Notes: generated by a model from the letters alone, not told the origin. DNA of 64,000 bases from a bacterium (GCA_022072165.1 JAJVIF010000001.1:273353-337352); one strand, 5' to 3'. Positions 8,350-17,864 are shown, numbered from the stretch's first letter. Made by a program: numbers and translations.

Positions 8350-10422
8350 ATGCAGCCCTTCGAACTCGCGTCCGAGTTCGCCCCTTCGCCTGCCCAGCTG
8401 GAGGCGATCAACGCCATCGCCGGACATCTGGAAGCCGGCCAGCGCTTCCAGACCCTCCTGGGCGTCACCGGGTCAGGCAAAACCTATGTCATGGCGAACA
8501 TCATTGCCCAGGTACAGCGACCGACCCTCATCATCGCGCACAACAAAACCCTCGCCGCGCAACTGGCCGCCGAGTTCCGGGAGTTCTTCCCCAACAACCG
8601 GGTGGAGTACTTCGTCTCCTACTACGACTACTACCAGCCGGAGGCCTATGTCCCCTCGAAGGACCTCTTCATCGAGAAGGACTCCGCCATCAACGAAGAG
8701 GTGGATCGTCTGCGCCATGCCGCGACCCAGGCGCTGCTGACGCGGCGCGATGTAATCATCGTCGCCAGCGTCTCCTGCATCTATGGACTCGGGTCCCCGG
8801 CGGACTACACCATGATCTCGGTCACCCTCCGGAAGGGGGAGTCGACTAACCGCACCAAGCTCTTCAGGAGCCTCATCGATATGCAGTTCCTGCGCAACGA
8901 TGTCGCGCAGGCCCGGGGGACCTTCCGGGTGAAAGGCGACACCCTCGAGATTTTCCCGGTCGATGAGGAAGTGGTGATCCGGGTCGAGATGTTTGGCGAT
9001 GAAGTCGAGTCCCTCGCCAAGCTCGACCGCATCACCGGCGAAGTGCTCGGCGTCTATGAGGAATACACGATCTTCCCGGCGTCGCACTACGTCATCCTCC
9101 CCGAGCGTCAGGAACTGGTGATCCACGCCATCGAGCAGGAGCTGGAGCAGCGACTGCCGGAATTTGTCCGGGAAAACCGCCTGATCGAGCACCAGCGACT
9201 GAAGGAGCGGACCCACTACGACATCGAGATGCTGCGGGAAATGGGGTTCTGCAACGGCATCGAAAACTACTCCCGGCATTTCGCCGGACGCCCCCCCGGA
9301 GAGCCACCGTCAACACTGGTGGAGTATTTCCCCGACGATTTTCTGATGTTCGTGGATGAGTCGCATCAGACCATCCCGCAGATCCGGGCGATGGCAGTCG
9401 GGGACCTGCAGCGCAAGCAGACACTGGTCGACTATGGCTTCCGGCTCCCCAGCGCCATCGACAACCGCCCCTTGCGATTCGAGGAGTGGGAGCGGCTGCT
9501 GAATCAGGTCGTGTTTGTTTCCGCGACTCCGGCAGCCTATGAGATGGAGAAAAGCGAGAGCATCACCGAGTTGCTGATTCGCCCGACCGGGCTGGTGGAT
9601 CCCGAGATCGAGATTCGCCCAGTCTCGACGCAGGTCGATGACCTGCTGGGGGAAATCCGGGCCACCATCGAGGCCGGTCACCGGATTCTGGTGACCACCC
9701 TCACGAAGAAGATGTCCGAGGACCTCTCGGCCTATCTGAAGAGCCTCAACATCCGGGTCCGGTATCTCCACTCTGAAATCGAAACGCTGGATCGCATCCG
9801 CATCCTGCGTGACCTGCGACTGGGCGAGTTCGATGTCCTGGTCGGCATCAACCTGCTCCGCGAGGGGCTCGACCTCCCGGAGGTCGCGCTGGTCGCGATC
9901 CTCGATGCGGACAAAGCGGGGTTCCTCCGCTCCGAAACTTCTCTCATCCAGACCATGGGACGCGCCGCGCGGCATGAAACCGGCCGCGTGATTCTTTACG
10001 CCGACACCATGACGCCGGCGATCACCGTGGCCGTGGAGGAAACGCGACGCCGTCGGGAGCGGCAACTGCTGTACAACACCGAGCATGGGATAGTCCCCAC
10101 TGGGGTGAAAAAGGGGATCCGCGACATTACCGGGGACCTGGGAGGCGACAAGGAAAGCCTGCCGTCGACCATCATGTATCGCGGGCTGGAACTGAAGCGC
10201 GAAGAGGTTCCGCTCATCATCGAGGAACTCCGCAAGGACATGTTTCAGTACGCCACCGACATGAAGTTTGAGAAGGCCGCCGAGGTGCGCGACGAGATCA
10301 CGCGACTGGAGGACCTGGCGCTGGGGCGTGCGCCGTCGGGGGATGGCACAGGCGATATGCGGCGGGGGCGTCCGATCAACAAGAAGGTAGAACGGCGGCG
10401 GCAGAAGCACAAGCAGTGGTGA
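8350..10422 (+). CDS. uvrB: Excinuclease ABC subunit B
   Basis: LLGVTGSGKTYVMANIIAQVQRPTLIIAHNKTLAAQL... and VEYFVSYYDYYQPEAYVP, collinear with UvrB through the C-terminal UVR domain. The start could also be 8320 or 8254. Confidence 0.95.
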   Translation: MQPFELASEFAPSPAQLEAINAIAGHLEAGQRFQTLLGVTGSGKTYVMANIIAQVQRPTLIIAHNKTLAAQLAAEFREFFPNNRVEYFVSYYDYYQPEAYVPSKDLFIEKDSAINEEVDRLRHAATQALLTRRDVIIVASVSCIYGLGSPADYTMISVTLRKGESTNRTKLFRSLIDMQFLRNDVAQARGTFRVKGDTLEIFPVDEEVVIRVEMFGDEVESLAKLDRITGEVLGVYEEYTIFPASHYVILPERQELVIHAIEQELEQRLPEFVRENRLIEHQRLKERTHYDIEMLREMGFCNGIENYSRHFAGRPPGEPPSTLVEYFPDDFLMFVDESHQTIPQIRAMAVGDLQRKQTLVDYGFRLPSAIDNRPLRFEEWERLLNQVVFVSATPAAYEMEKSESITELLIRPTGLVDPEIEIRPVSTQVDDLLGEIRATIEAGHRILVTTLTKKMSEDLSAYLKSLNIRVRYLHSEIETLDRIRILRDLRLGEFDVLVGINLLREGLDLPEVALVAILDADKAGFLRSETSLIQTMGRAARHETGRVILYADTMTPAITVAVEETRRRRERQLLYNTEHGIVPTGVKKGIRDITGDLGGDKESLPSTIMYRGLELKREEVPLIIEELRKDMFQYATDMKFEKAAEVRDEITRLEDLALGRAPSGDGTGDMRRGRPINKKVERRRQKHKQW

Positions 10423-10448
10423 TAGCGAGAAAGTGCGGATACATCCTA

Positions 10449-11372
10449 TCAACTAATTGGTGCATCGTCGGCTGTTTGCGCTGCCCGCAACTCGTCCAGT
10501 AGCTGCTTTGCCAGACCCATTTGCCTCTGCGGATCAATCTGCCGCGGGAACCACCGCGCTGCGGAAAAGAACCCCTGCCAGACCAACATCGGTAACCCGT
10601 CGATGGCATACCGCCCCGACTCCAGTGCCTGACGTACCAACGCCGGGGTCCGGTAGTTCAAATCCCAGGTGTCGTAGGCGCCGTCGGGCAGCGCTGTCAG
10701 CGGACCCGGATCAGCTGCCGTGGTCGCGTTCACCAGCAGACCCTCCAGCACCGATGGCAACCGGTGCCACTCTTCACACCGAATCGCCAGCTGCCCCTCG
10801 GCGGTCTCGCGCAGTCGCTCGAGGAGTGGTTCGACTTCCGCCAAGGGTCGACGCACATAGCAGATCGCCTGCGCTATCCCCGGATCGGGGCGTCCTGCCG
10901 CCCGCTCCCGGGTCCGCTCTGCTCGCCAGAAGCGGAGGTACGCCAGTAGCACCGCCCGGGCGGCCGGCCCGCAGCCGAGCAGATGCACGGTCTGAAACTG
11001 ACGCAACGAACGCTCCGGTCTGGCGGCCCGGATGCCCTGCAGCGTGAAGTACGCCCCATCGACATCTTTGTTGTCCCCGAGGAGTGCGCCATCCTGCCGG
11101 ACCCATATGTGATTCACGGCTGCCAGCACGGCGGCCGCCTCGCTGCCGTGATCACAGGCGGCCCAGGCGCGCTCTTTATGGGGGGTCGTGACATTCAGTC
11201 CCAGCCAGCCGCGACGGACCTGGTCGGGAAAATCTGCGGGCCAGTCCTCCGCTGTCAGGGGCCACAGGTCGTACATCGCATCGACCCCCGTCAGCCCGTA
11301 CAGCGTCTGATGCAGCAGCGGCGAGAGCGATCCTTCGACCGGCCATCCCAGAAGTCCGACACGGCTGGTCAT
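10449..11372 (-). CDS. aroE: Shikimate dehydrogenase
   Basis: N-terminal 'GLLGWPVEGSLSPLLH' and 'LNVTTPHK' motifs; Rossmann GCGPAARAV. Confidence 0.85.
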   Translation of the reverse strand: MTSRVGLLGWPVEGSLSPLLHQTLYGLTGVDAMYDLWPLTAEDWPADFPDQVRRGWLGLNVTTPHKERAWAACDHGSEAAAVLAAVNHIWVRQDGALLGDNKDVDGAYFTLQGIRAARPERSLRQFQTVHLLGCGPAARAVLLAYLRFWRAERTRERAAGRPDPGIAQAICYVRRPLAEVEPLLERLRETAEGQLAIRCEEWHRLPSVLEGLLVNATTAADPGPLTALPDGAYDTWDLNYRTPALVRQALESGRYAIDGLPMLVWQGFFSAARWFPRQIDPQRQMGLAKQLLDELRAAQTADDAPIS

Positions 11373-12091
11373 TGATGCAACTCCCAGCCTTCGACCTTGA
11401 TCAGCGGAATCCGACCACTGAGCAACACTGCATCGATGTTCAGGGGGCGTGGTGCCTGTCCGGTGCTGCGGAAGCGATAGACCGATTTCTTTCCGCCAGA
11501 GTCGAAGTAGTCGACAAAGCCCGCTTCATCCATCAGGACCAGTCCATCAACCGGATCCATCACTGGCAGGAACGGCCCGGATTTCCCACCAAACAGGCGT
11601 CGCGCCAGGTCTGGCGAGAGCCGGCCTGGCGGGACATAACTCACGTGGAACCCCTCGGTGAAGTGGTTGTGGAGGAGCAGGGGATCCTCTGTCGCGCACA
11701 ACGCGGCGAAGTCCAGTTTCTCCTGCGTCACCTGATACCCAAACTGGCGTCCGACCCGGGGAATCATCCAGGGGTAGGTGCCGAAGACGGTCGTGCCCAG
11801 TGCCGCGGTTACCGATCGCTGCTCAGCCTCGACTCCCTGCTGACGCAGCAGGGTTGTGAAAGCCGCCGGGACACAGGTGAAGTCCGTGCTCTGATGCACG
11901 ACACCAAACTCATCGACTTCGGTGTACTCCGGGATGACCTGCGTGAGGGTGTACCAGTGCAGATAGCGCTCCACTCCGAACATGACCAACAGCAACCACA
12001 CCAGGATCATGCCCCAGAGACGCCACTGGGGATGCCGGCTTTCGATCCGGAAAGTCGTGAGCTGATTGTCGACCAGCTTCACACCTCCCAT
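11369..12091 (-). CDS. Membrane-anchored peptidase C39-like (papain-fold) domain protein
   Basis: N-terminal TM helix. Putative catalytic Cys in 'DFTCVPAAFTTLL' and His in 'GFHVSYV', spaced as in the Peptidase_C39_2 family. 4-bp overlap (ATGA) with the aroE start. Confidence 0.5.
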   Translation of the reverse strand: MGGVKLVDNQLTTFRIESRHPQWRLWGMILVWLLLVMFGVERYLHWYTLTQVIPEYTEVDEFGVVHQSTDFTCVPAAFTTLLRQQGVEAEQRSVTAALGTTVFGTYPWMIPRVGRQFGYQVTQEKLDFAALCATEDPLLLHNHFTEGFHVSYVPPGRLSPDLARRLFGGKSGPFLPVMDPVDGLVLMDEAGFVDYFDSGGKKSVYRFRSTGQAPRPLNIDAVLLSGRIPLIKVEGWELHQ

Positions 12092-12097
12092 GACGCT

Positions 12098-12874
12098 CTA
12101 GTCCCCCTGCGATGTCGTAGCAGGTGCTGCAACTGGACGCTCGCTGAATCGCAGACTCGGGAGAATCCGCTCCTCGACTTCCGTGGTGCGCTGGAGGAAC
12201 GACGATGGGGGAGCCACCACCTGCCCAATCCAGACGTCATCTCCCAGAATCCAAAGATAGTGTCGTGAAAGCCGTCGCGACCCCTCCGGCGCGAGTTCCA
12301 GGTAGTGCTGCTGCATCAGTCGCAGCTGTTCCCAGTCCTCGTCGGGCATCTGGTCCATGGTCCCCACTGGTCGGCGAATCAGCATGGTGACTGTCAGGAC
12401 CTCATGCTCGCCGAACAGCACCCGGGAATAGCTGAGGACGGTCTTCCGGGCTCCCAGAAAGTAGTTGTCTGCCAGGGCCACACCCTGCGCTGCATGTTCA
12501 AGTAGCAGTTCGTCTACCGCTTCCGGCGGGACATCACTCGCGTTCGCCAAAAAGAGGGGTCGCATCCCCGGGAGGAAACCGATGCTGAAATAGGTATCAG
12601 CCCCCTGTCGCAACTGAACGACCGAATTGGGATCGGGGTAATACGTCGGCAGGGTCCAGGTGGTGGGAAACTCGCCAGCGAGCCCATAAGCGGCCACCTC
12701 AAAGGGAGTCACCGGCAGCGCTGCCACCGCCGGGTGTGCCTCGGGGAGGGGAGGGGTTGACTTGCGGGTCCCAGGGCCGGCCCCCAGGCCGGCTCCTGGC
12801 GGACGCCATCCCTGACAGCCCCCCAGTAGGGGCACGACCAGCCAGAGGAGCCAGCAGCGTCGCAGGTGGGCCAT
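12098..12874 (-). CDS. Hypothetical lipoprotein
   Basis: Lipoprotein signal MAHLRRCWLLWLVVPLLGGC. 7 bp upstream of the C39-like gene, same strand. Confidence 0.5.
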   Translation of the reverse strand: MAHLRRCWLLWLVVPLLGGCQGWRPPGAGLGAGPGTRKSTPPLPEAHPAVAALPVTPFEVAAYGLAGEFPTTWTLPTYYPDPNSVVQLRQGADTYFSIGFLPGMRPLFLANASDVPPEAVDELLLEHAAQGVALADNYFLGARKTVLSYSRVLFGEHEVLTVTMLIRRPVGTMDQMPDEDWEQLRLMQQHYLELAPEGSRRLSRHYLWILGDDVWIGQVVAPPSSFLQRTTEVEERILPSLRFSERPVAAPATTSQGD

Positions 12875-13040
12875 CGCCGCACAGTATGCCCCCTGCGGTG
12901 GACTGAAGTCGCCCCCGCATTTGCCTCTCTTCCTGCCCTTCGCTACCCTACGACACTGGCGCTGCAGGATCGGTCCCGCAGGCAGGAGCAGTCAGCGCCA
13001 CACGCCCCAGGATCGCGAGGCAGGAGCTGACCCACCGCCC

Positions 13041-13994
13041 ATGGCCTACAACGAACTCAAGATCTTTGCGGGGACTGCATCCAACGCTCTCGCCACGGAG
13101 ATTTGTGATGTCCTTGGCGTCTCCCTCGGACGCTCTGAAACGCTGACGTTTAAGAACGAAAACCTCTTCGTCCGGCTCAATGAAAACGTCCGGGAAACGG
13201 ATGCCTTTGTCATCCAGACCTCCTGTCCCCCGGTCGACAGCAACCTGCTGGAGTCGCTGATCATGGTGGATGCCCTCAAGCGGGCGAGTGCCCGGCGCAT
13301 CACCATGGTCTGTCCCTACTTCCCTTACAGCCGCTCCGACAAAAAGGATCAGCCCCGCATCGCCATCACGGCGGCGCTGATCGCGAATCTGATGCAGGTC
13401 GCCGGGGTGCATCGGGTCCTGACGATGGACCTCCACGCCGAGCAGATACAGGGATTTTTCACGGTGCCGGTGGACCAGTTGCTGGCCCGACCCATCATTG
13501 CTGGCTACTTCCGGGAGAAGTACCGCAATAGCGATGGTCTCAACAATGTCGTCGCGATGGCTCCCGATGCCGGATCGGCTCGTCGGGTCCGGGCCTACGC
13601 CGCCATGCTCGGTGTCCCTCTTGTACTCGCCGATAAGCGACGCCAGGACATGGATACGGAGATCATGAACATCGTCGGCGATGTCGAGGGACGTGATGTC
13701 ATCATCTTCGATGACGAAATCGCCACCGGCGGCTCCATCCTGGAAGTGGCGCAGAAGGTTCTCGACTCCGGTGCCCGCACGGTATCAGCCGGCGTGACGC
13801 ATCCTGTCCTGTGTGGCGGAGCCCCCGGACGGGTCCAGCAAAGCTGCCTGCGGGAACTCGCTGTGACCAACACGATTCCGCTACCACCAGACTACGAGCA
13901 ACCCAAAATTACGGTCCTGTCGGTGGCGCGACTCTTCGCCGAAGCCATTCTGAGCATTCACACTGGACAAAGTGTCAGCCGACTCTTCGCCTGA
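13041..13994 (+). CDS. prs: Ribose-phosphate pyrophosphokinase
   Basis: MAYNELKIFAGTASNALA..., and the PRPP-binding site 'VIIFDDEIATGGS'. Confidence 0.95.
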   Translation: MAYNELKIFAGTASNALATEICDVLGVSLGRSETLTFKNENLFVRLNENVRETDAFVIQTSCPPVDSNLLESLIMVDALKRASARRITMVCPYFPYSRSDKKDQPRIAITAALIANLMQVAGVHRVLTMDLHAEQIQGFFTVPVDQLLARPIIAGYFREKYRNSDGLNNVVAMAPDAGSARRVRAYAAMLGVPLVLADKRRQDMDTEIMNIVGDVEGRDVIIFDDEIATGGSILEVAQKVLDSGARTVSAGVTHPVLCGGAPGRVQQSCLRELAVTNTIPLPPDYEQPKITVLSVARLFAEAILSIHTGQSVSRLFA

Positions 13995-14045
13995 GCCTGC
14001 TACTGGAGCCTTTGCGCCAGACCCGGCATACTACCCGGCAGGACC

Positions 14046-15593
14046 ATGCCTTTCCATCAGATTCCCTGGAGCCCTACAAGTCCCATCCCGCTCCCGCCGG
14101 GACTGGTGATCCTGCAACTCCGGCGATCCGCCGATTCTGGTTACCTCTTACGTCTGCTCGCTCAGCATTTTGTGGCTGAATTCGGACTTCCCCAGGCCGC
14201 GTTTCGGCTCTGTCACATTAGCGTCGAAGATACGCTCCTTGGCACCCATGCAGATCCGATCATCCGGCAGGCGCATTGGCGGAGTCTCTGGCAACTCCTG
14301 CCGGAATCCGGCGAAAGCGGGAGCGCATCACTCGCCCAGCAGATAGCGGAATTGCGTCAGGAACTCCTGGCGTTGGAGCAGTCAGGCGACATGCAGATCA
14401 GCGACGTGGCATCCGCTAACGGCACCGACCACCGTCTGGCACTGCAGCACCAACTCGCCCGCATCGAGTCCGAGTTGCGGCGTGAAATGCCGGGACTCGT
14501 CGATACCCCGGATGCCGCCCGGCAGGTCACCCGGCTGGGGGAAGCCCAGGCCCGCATCCGGCAGGAATATCTGACGCTGCAGGAGCAGCTGAAGGAACTC
14601 AACGGACGTCTTGAATCTGCTACCGGGGAAACACGCCGCCTCAAGAAAGAAGAAGGCCGCAAGGTCACCCTCGGAGGCATCTTCGTCCTGCTGGGAGCGA
14701 TTTCGCTCATGGCCGATGGAGTCCCCGCTCATTTGAGACCCCTGGGATGGGCCGTGATCGCCCTCGGGATCCTGTTTGCTTACGTCGCCAATCGGAACGC
14801 GTCCGCCAAAGAGAGCCCAAAAGAAGCCCAGGTCCGACGCCAGGTTCAGGAGACCACAGCCCGACTCACGGAGGTCGATGAGCGACTCCGGGAAGCGGAC
14901 CGGCAGGTGCGTCAATACTGCGCGTCCATCGGCTGCACGTCGCCAGGGCAGGTGCTGGAACTGCAGCGACGCTTTGATCAGCGTCGCGCAGAAAAGGCGG
15001 AACTCGAAGCGGAACTGCAGGCCTTGGCTCTTACAGGCACGGAGCAAGAGTCCCGTGGTGGCGTGGCAACCCTGACTCGGGCAGAGGACCTCCGGATGGA
15101 GTTGATGACGCTGGAAACCGAGGTGCAGCGTCGCGCAGCGGGGCAAGGCTTGCGACGTCCTGCCTTTGCGACCGTGCTCGAAACCGCCAATCAATGGTTG
15201 CGCCATCAAGATGGTGGTGCCACCGGACTTCAATGGGGCCTCGATGGGTCGCAGACTCCGCACCTCTCACCAGAAAATAGTCCATCTTTAGCGTCGAAAG
15301 TGATATCCTATTTGAGCCTCAGGCTTGCGCTAATAGCGTCAAGTGAAGAAATTCCGTCAAACTTACCGCTGGTACTGGACGATCCCCTGAAACTTTGGGA
15401 CGATGACGAATTGACGGCTGGCTATGCGACCTTTGCACGGGTTGCACGGACCGGACGTCAGGTGATCTATATAACTTCGCGAGGGGTCTTGCTGTCCGCA
15501 TGGCGGCAGGCGAGCCGGGCGCAGGGTGAGGCACTCACCCTGGTCGAGCTGGGAGATCCCCCGTCGAACTGGGACGCAGTCGAGGGCGAATGA
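14046..15593 (+). CDS. Coiled-coil membrane protein with degenerate SMC/ABC-type ATPase C-terminal domain (no Walker A)
   Basis: Long heptad-like Gln/Glu/Arg-rich segments. Central TM hairpin 'LGGIFVLLGAISLM...GWAVIALGILFAYVA'. C-terminal 'LSLRLALI...LPLVLDDP...ITSRG' resembles a signature / Walker B / H-loop region with substitutions. Confidence 0.55.
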   Translation: MPFHQIPWSPTSPIPLPPGLVILQLRRSADSGYLLRLLAQHFVAEFGLPQAAFRLCHISVEDTLLGTHADPIIRQAHWRSLWQLLPESGESGSASLAQQIAELRQELLALEQSGDMQISDVASANGTDHRLALQHQLARIESELRREMPGLVDTPDAARQVTRLGEAQARIRQEYLTLQEQLKELNGRLESATGETRRLKKEEGRKVTLGGIFVLLGAISLMADGVPAHLRPLGWAVIALGILFAYVANRNASAKESPKEAQVRRQVQETTARLTEVDERLREADRQVRQYCASIGCTSPGQVLELQRRFDQRRAEKAELEAELQALALTGTEQESRGGVATLTRAEDLRMELMTLETEVQRRAAGQGLRRPAFATVLETANQWLRHQDGGATGLQWGLDGSQTPHLSPENSPSLASKVISYLSLRLALIASSEEIPSNLPLVLDDPLKLWDDDELTAGYATFARVARTGRQVIYITSRGVLLSAWRQASRAQGEALTLVELGDPPSNWDAVEGE

Positions 15594-16357
15594 ATTCCCC
15601 TGCAGGAAAGGTCCTGCGTCAGCATCTGGAGCAGATCCGGCAGCGGATTGACTCCGCCAGGGCGCGCCGTGGAGGCGGGCCTGTGATGCTGTTGCCGGTG
15701 ACCAAAGAGCAGCCTCCTCGCATGGTCGCCTCGCTGCTCAAGCAGCAGGTCTGGGCGATTGCGGAGAACCGGGTACAGGAAGCCCGGAAGAAGTTCCCGG
15801 ACATCGAAGCGGTCCTTGGGGCTGACTGGAAACTCACCGAGCGTCATCTCATCGGGACCCTCCAGACCAACAAAGCTAAAGAAGCAGCCACCCTCTTTGA
15901 CTGGGTGCAGAGTGTCGATCGGCTCAAGCTCGCCGAAGCCCTCCAGGAAGGGGCATCCGCCACCAATCGCACACTCCAGGTGACCCTGCAGGTGAAGTAC
16001 GGCCAGGAGCCGACCAAGCAGGGGCTTCCTGAAGCGGCACTCCTCGAGCAGTTCGAGGATTTCTGCGAATTCCCCAATCTGAGACTGCGGGGGCTCATGC
16101 TCATTGCCCCCCTGGGCATCGACCCGCAGCTGACCCGGCAGTACTTCCGTCGGTGCAAGCAGCTCTTCGAAAGCCTCCGTTTGGAGGCCAGTCGACGCAA
16201 GTGTCAGTGGGACACCCTCTCTATGGGGATGAGCGAAGACTTCGAGATGGCCATCGAAGAGGGGGCCACCATGATCCGCATTGGACGGCTCCTTTTTGAC
16301 GGGGTCCCCGAGGATGTCGAAGAGCCGCGCATTCCATTGGACATCATGGACGAGTAG
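15590..16357 (+). CDS. yggS: YggS-family pyridoxal-phosphate homeostasis protein
   Basis: TIM-barrel PLP-binding family motifs 'LLPVTKEQP', 'HLIGTLQTNKAK' and 'LSMGMSEDFEMAIEEGATMIRIG'. 4-bp overlap with the upstream gene. Confidence 0.85.
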   Translation: MNSPAGKVLRQHLEQIRQRIDSARARRGGGPVMLLPVTKEQPPRMVASLLKQQVWAIAENRVQEARKKFPDIEAVLGADWKLTERHLIGTLQTNKAKEAATLFDWVQSVDRLKLAEALQEGASATNRTLQVTLQVKYGQEPTKQGLPEAALLEQFEDFCEFPNLRLRGLMLIAPLGIDPQLTRQYFRRCKQLFESLRLEASRRKCQWDTLSMGMSEDFEMAIEEGATMIRIGRLLFDGVPEDVEEPRIPLDIMDE

Positions 16358-16976
16358 CGTCGGTTTTCCCGTCGGGCATGTTGGAGGCTGCAATGTGCGG
16401 ATCGTAGGCCGTCTGACGACTGCGCCACCATTGCCACCCTGCCACCATCAGCCCCACTGCGAGTACTCCCAGCAGCCACGGACGGGCAGCGGGGGACTTG
16501 ATGAACAGCCCGACGCCCCCCGTAATCATCAGCACGTTCATGCTGTTGAAGAGGCAGTTGCGCAACAGACTCCAGCCCAGGAAGACATGGACCGGGATTC
16601 CAAGCACCGGGGCAAGGTAGTTCATCACCGGTCGCAGGAGCGACAGGGCATAGCTGAGAAAAATGGCGGGTCCGGGGCCATGCGACAGCAGCTTTTTCAC
16701 AATCGGGTGATCGCGACGGGAGTAGAGCCGGGGGACCAGTCGGTTAATGGCCGGCCCAAAACCACGCGACAAGCCATACGCCGCGAGATCCCCCAGGGTC
16801 TGCCCGGTAATGAACGCGATCACGACCTGCCACAGCGCCAGTTCGCCACGTCCAACCATGACTCCCAGGGGGGCCAGCACCAGCACCGAATGCAGGGGAA
16901 TGCCCAATGACTGCACGAAGGCAGTCACGAAGACCGCCGGGAGCGGGGGGATGGCAGCGAGCCAGTCAGGCATCAA
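16344..16976 (-). CDS. DedA/VTT-domain family membrane protein
   Basis: Multi-TM protein with a DedA-like core 'GIPLHSVLVLAPLGVMVG...FITGQTLGDLAAYGLSRGFG'. Confidence 0.7.
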   Translation of the reverse strand: MMPDWLAAIPPLPAVFVTAFVQSLGIPLHSVLVLAPLGVMVGRGELALWQVVIAFITGQTLGDLAAYGLSRGFGPAINRLVPRLYSRRDHPIVKKLLSHGPGPAIFLSYALSLLRPVMNYLAPVLGIPVHVFLGWSLLRNCLFNSMNVLMITGGVGLFIKSPAARPWLLGVLAVGLMVAGWQWWRSRQTAYDPHIAASNMPDGKTDATRP

Positions 16977-16991
16977 CAGAAGGCTAACACG

Positions 16992-17864
16992 GTGTGTCCG
17001 ACTGCTACTATCCGACGCTGCAACCGTATCGCCCGCTCAGGAGTCTGCTTTCAGGTGACCACTGCCGCTCCCGACCCGACACCTAACGCAGCGCCGGAGA
17101 ATCCTGCTCCACGTCCCGGTCTCCCCCTCGGCGCGCTCCTTGGAGGCATCGCCACGCTGCTTACCATTGGGGTGGCCTCCTCACAGCTCATCCTCAACAG
17201 CCTGCAAATCCGGGAAAAGGCGCAAGCGCTGCCGGTCACGGCGACCGTCGACCCGCCGGCGTCGGGTGCTGTTCCCCCCCAGCCAGAAATCACCGATCTG
17301 CCTGCTACGGCTGACACTTCAGCTTCGACCGCTGCTGACAGCGAGCAACCGTCGGGTTGGTACACGTACCCCCCAATCGGCGGAGCAAAAGTGCCGGCAG
17401 CGCTGGAGCCATCAGTGCATCGGCTGTATGTCGCACTCGAGAAGGGCATTCGGAATGCCCGGGACTTTACCTATCTGGTGTATGTCGCAGACACCACGGT
17501 GCTGCGCCAGATCCGCAAGCCCGAGAAAGTGGGAACTGCGCTCTCCCTCGATCCTGCCTGGCCGAGCGCTCATCCGACACCGACAGTCACGTGGACTCCG
17601 TCCCTCTGGAACACGCTCCAGCAACAAGGCACCGGGCAGGTGGTGTTTGTGGCGTGTGTGTGCCAGTCAGAGCCCTGTGCTGCCCCGGTCATCGAATGGG
17701 ACATGCTGCGCAAAGCCCTGAGTGGATCCGGCATTCAGGTAACTTCAGCCGAATGGGATCTGGGCGTGATGACCCTGCCGGTGACCGTGATGAGTCCTGA
17801 CGGTACGCCGTGTACTATCGGTGGGCCACTTATTCTGGCCCTGGTGCCGACCGCAGGAGAGTAA
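16992..17864 (+). CDS. Hypothetical secreted/membrane-anchored protein (start uncertain)
   Basis: Pro/Ala/Thr-rich linker after the hydrophobic segment LGALLGGIATLLTIGVA. Cys-containing C-terminal domain. No recognisable family. Confidence 0.4.
   Translation: MCPTATIRRCNRIARSGVCFQVTTAAPDPTPNAAPENPAPRPGLPLGALLGGIATLLTIGVASSQLILNSLQIREKAQALPVTATVDPPASGAVPPQPEITDLPATADTSASTAADSEQPSGWYTYPPIGGAKVPAALEPSVHRLYVALEKGIRNARDFTYLVYVADTTVLRQIRKPEKVGTALSLDPAWPSAHPTPTVTWTPSLWNTLQQQGTGQVVFVACVCQSEPCAAPVIEWDMLRKALSGSGIQVTSAEWDLGVMTLPVTVMSPDGTPCTIGGPLILALVPTAGE

Noticed and set aside
8201-8350. Searched for a LexA/SOS box upstream of uvrB
   Set aside because: No CTGT-N8-ACAG or GAAC-N4-GTTC-type palindrome seen. 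Cannot assert SOS regulation.
7011-8849. 612-aa plus-strand ORF
   Set aside because: Antisense to accC and in frame-shifted overlap with uvrB. The translation is R/G/P-rich with no motifs, whereas accC on the minus strand is unambiguous.
9310-10452. 380-aa minus-strand ORF
   Set aside because: Antisense to uvrB. Spurious high-GC ORF.
14382-15263. 293-aa minus-strand ORF
   Set aside because: Antisense to the coiled-coil gene. The plus strand carries the coherent coiled-coil and TM protein with an RBS context.
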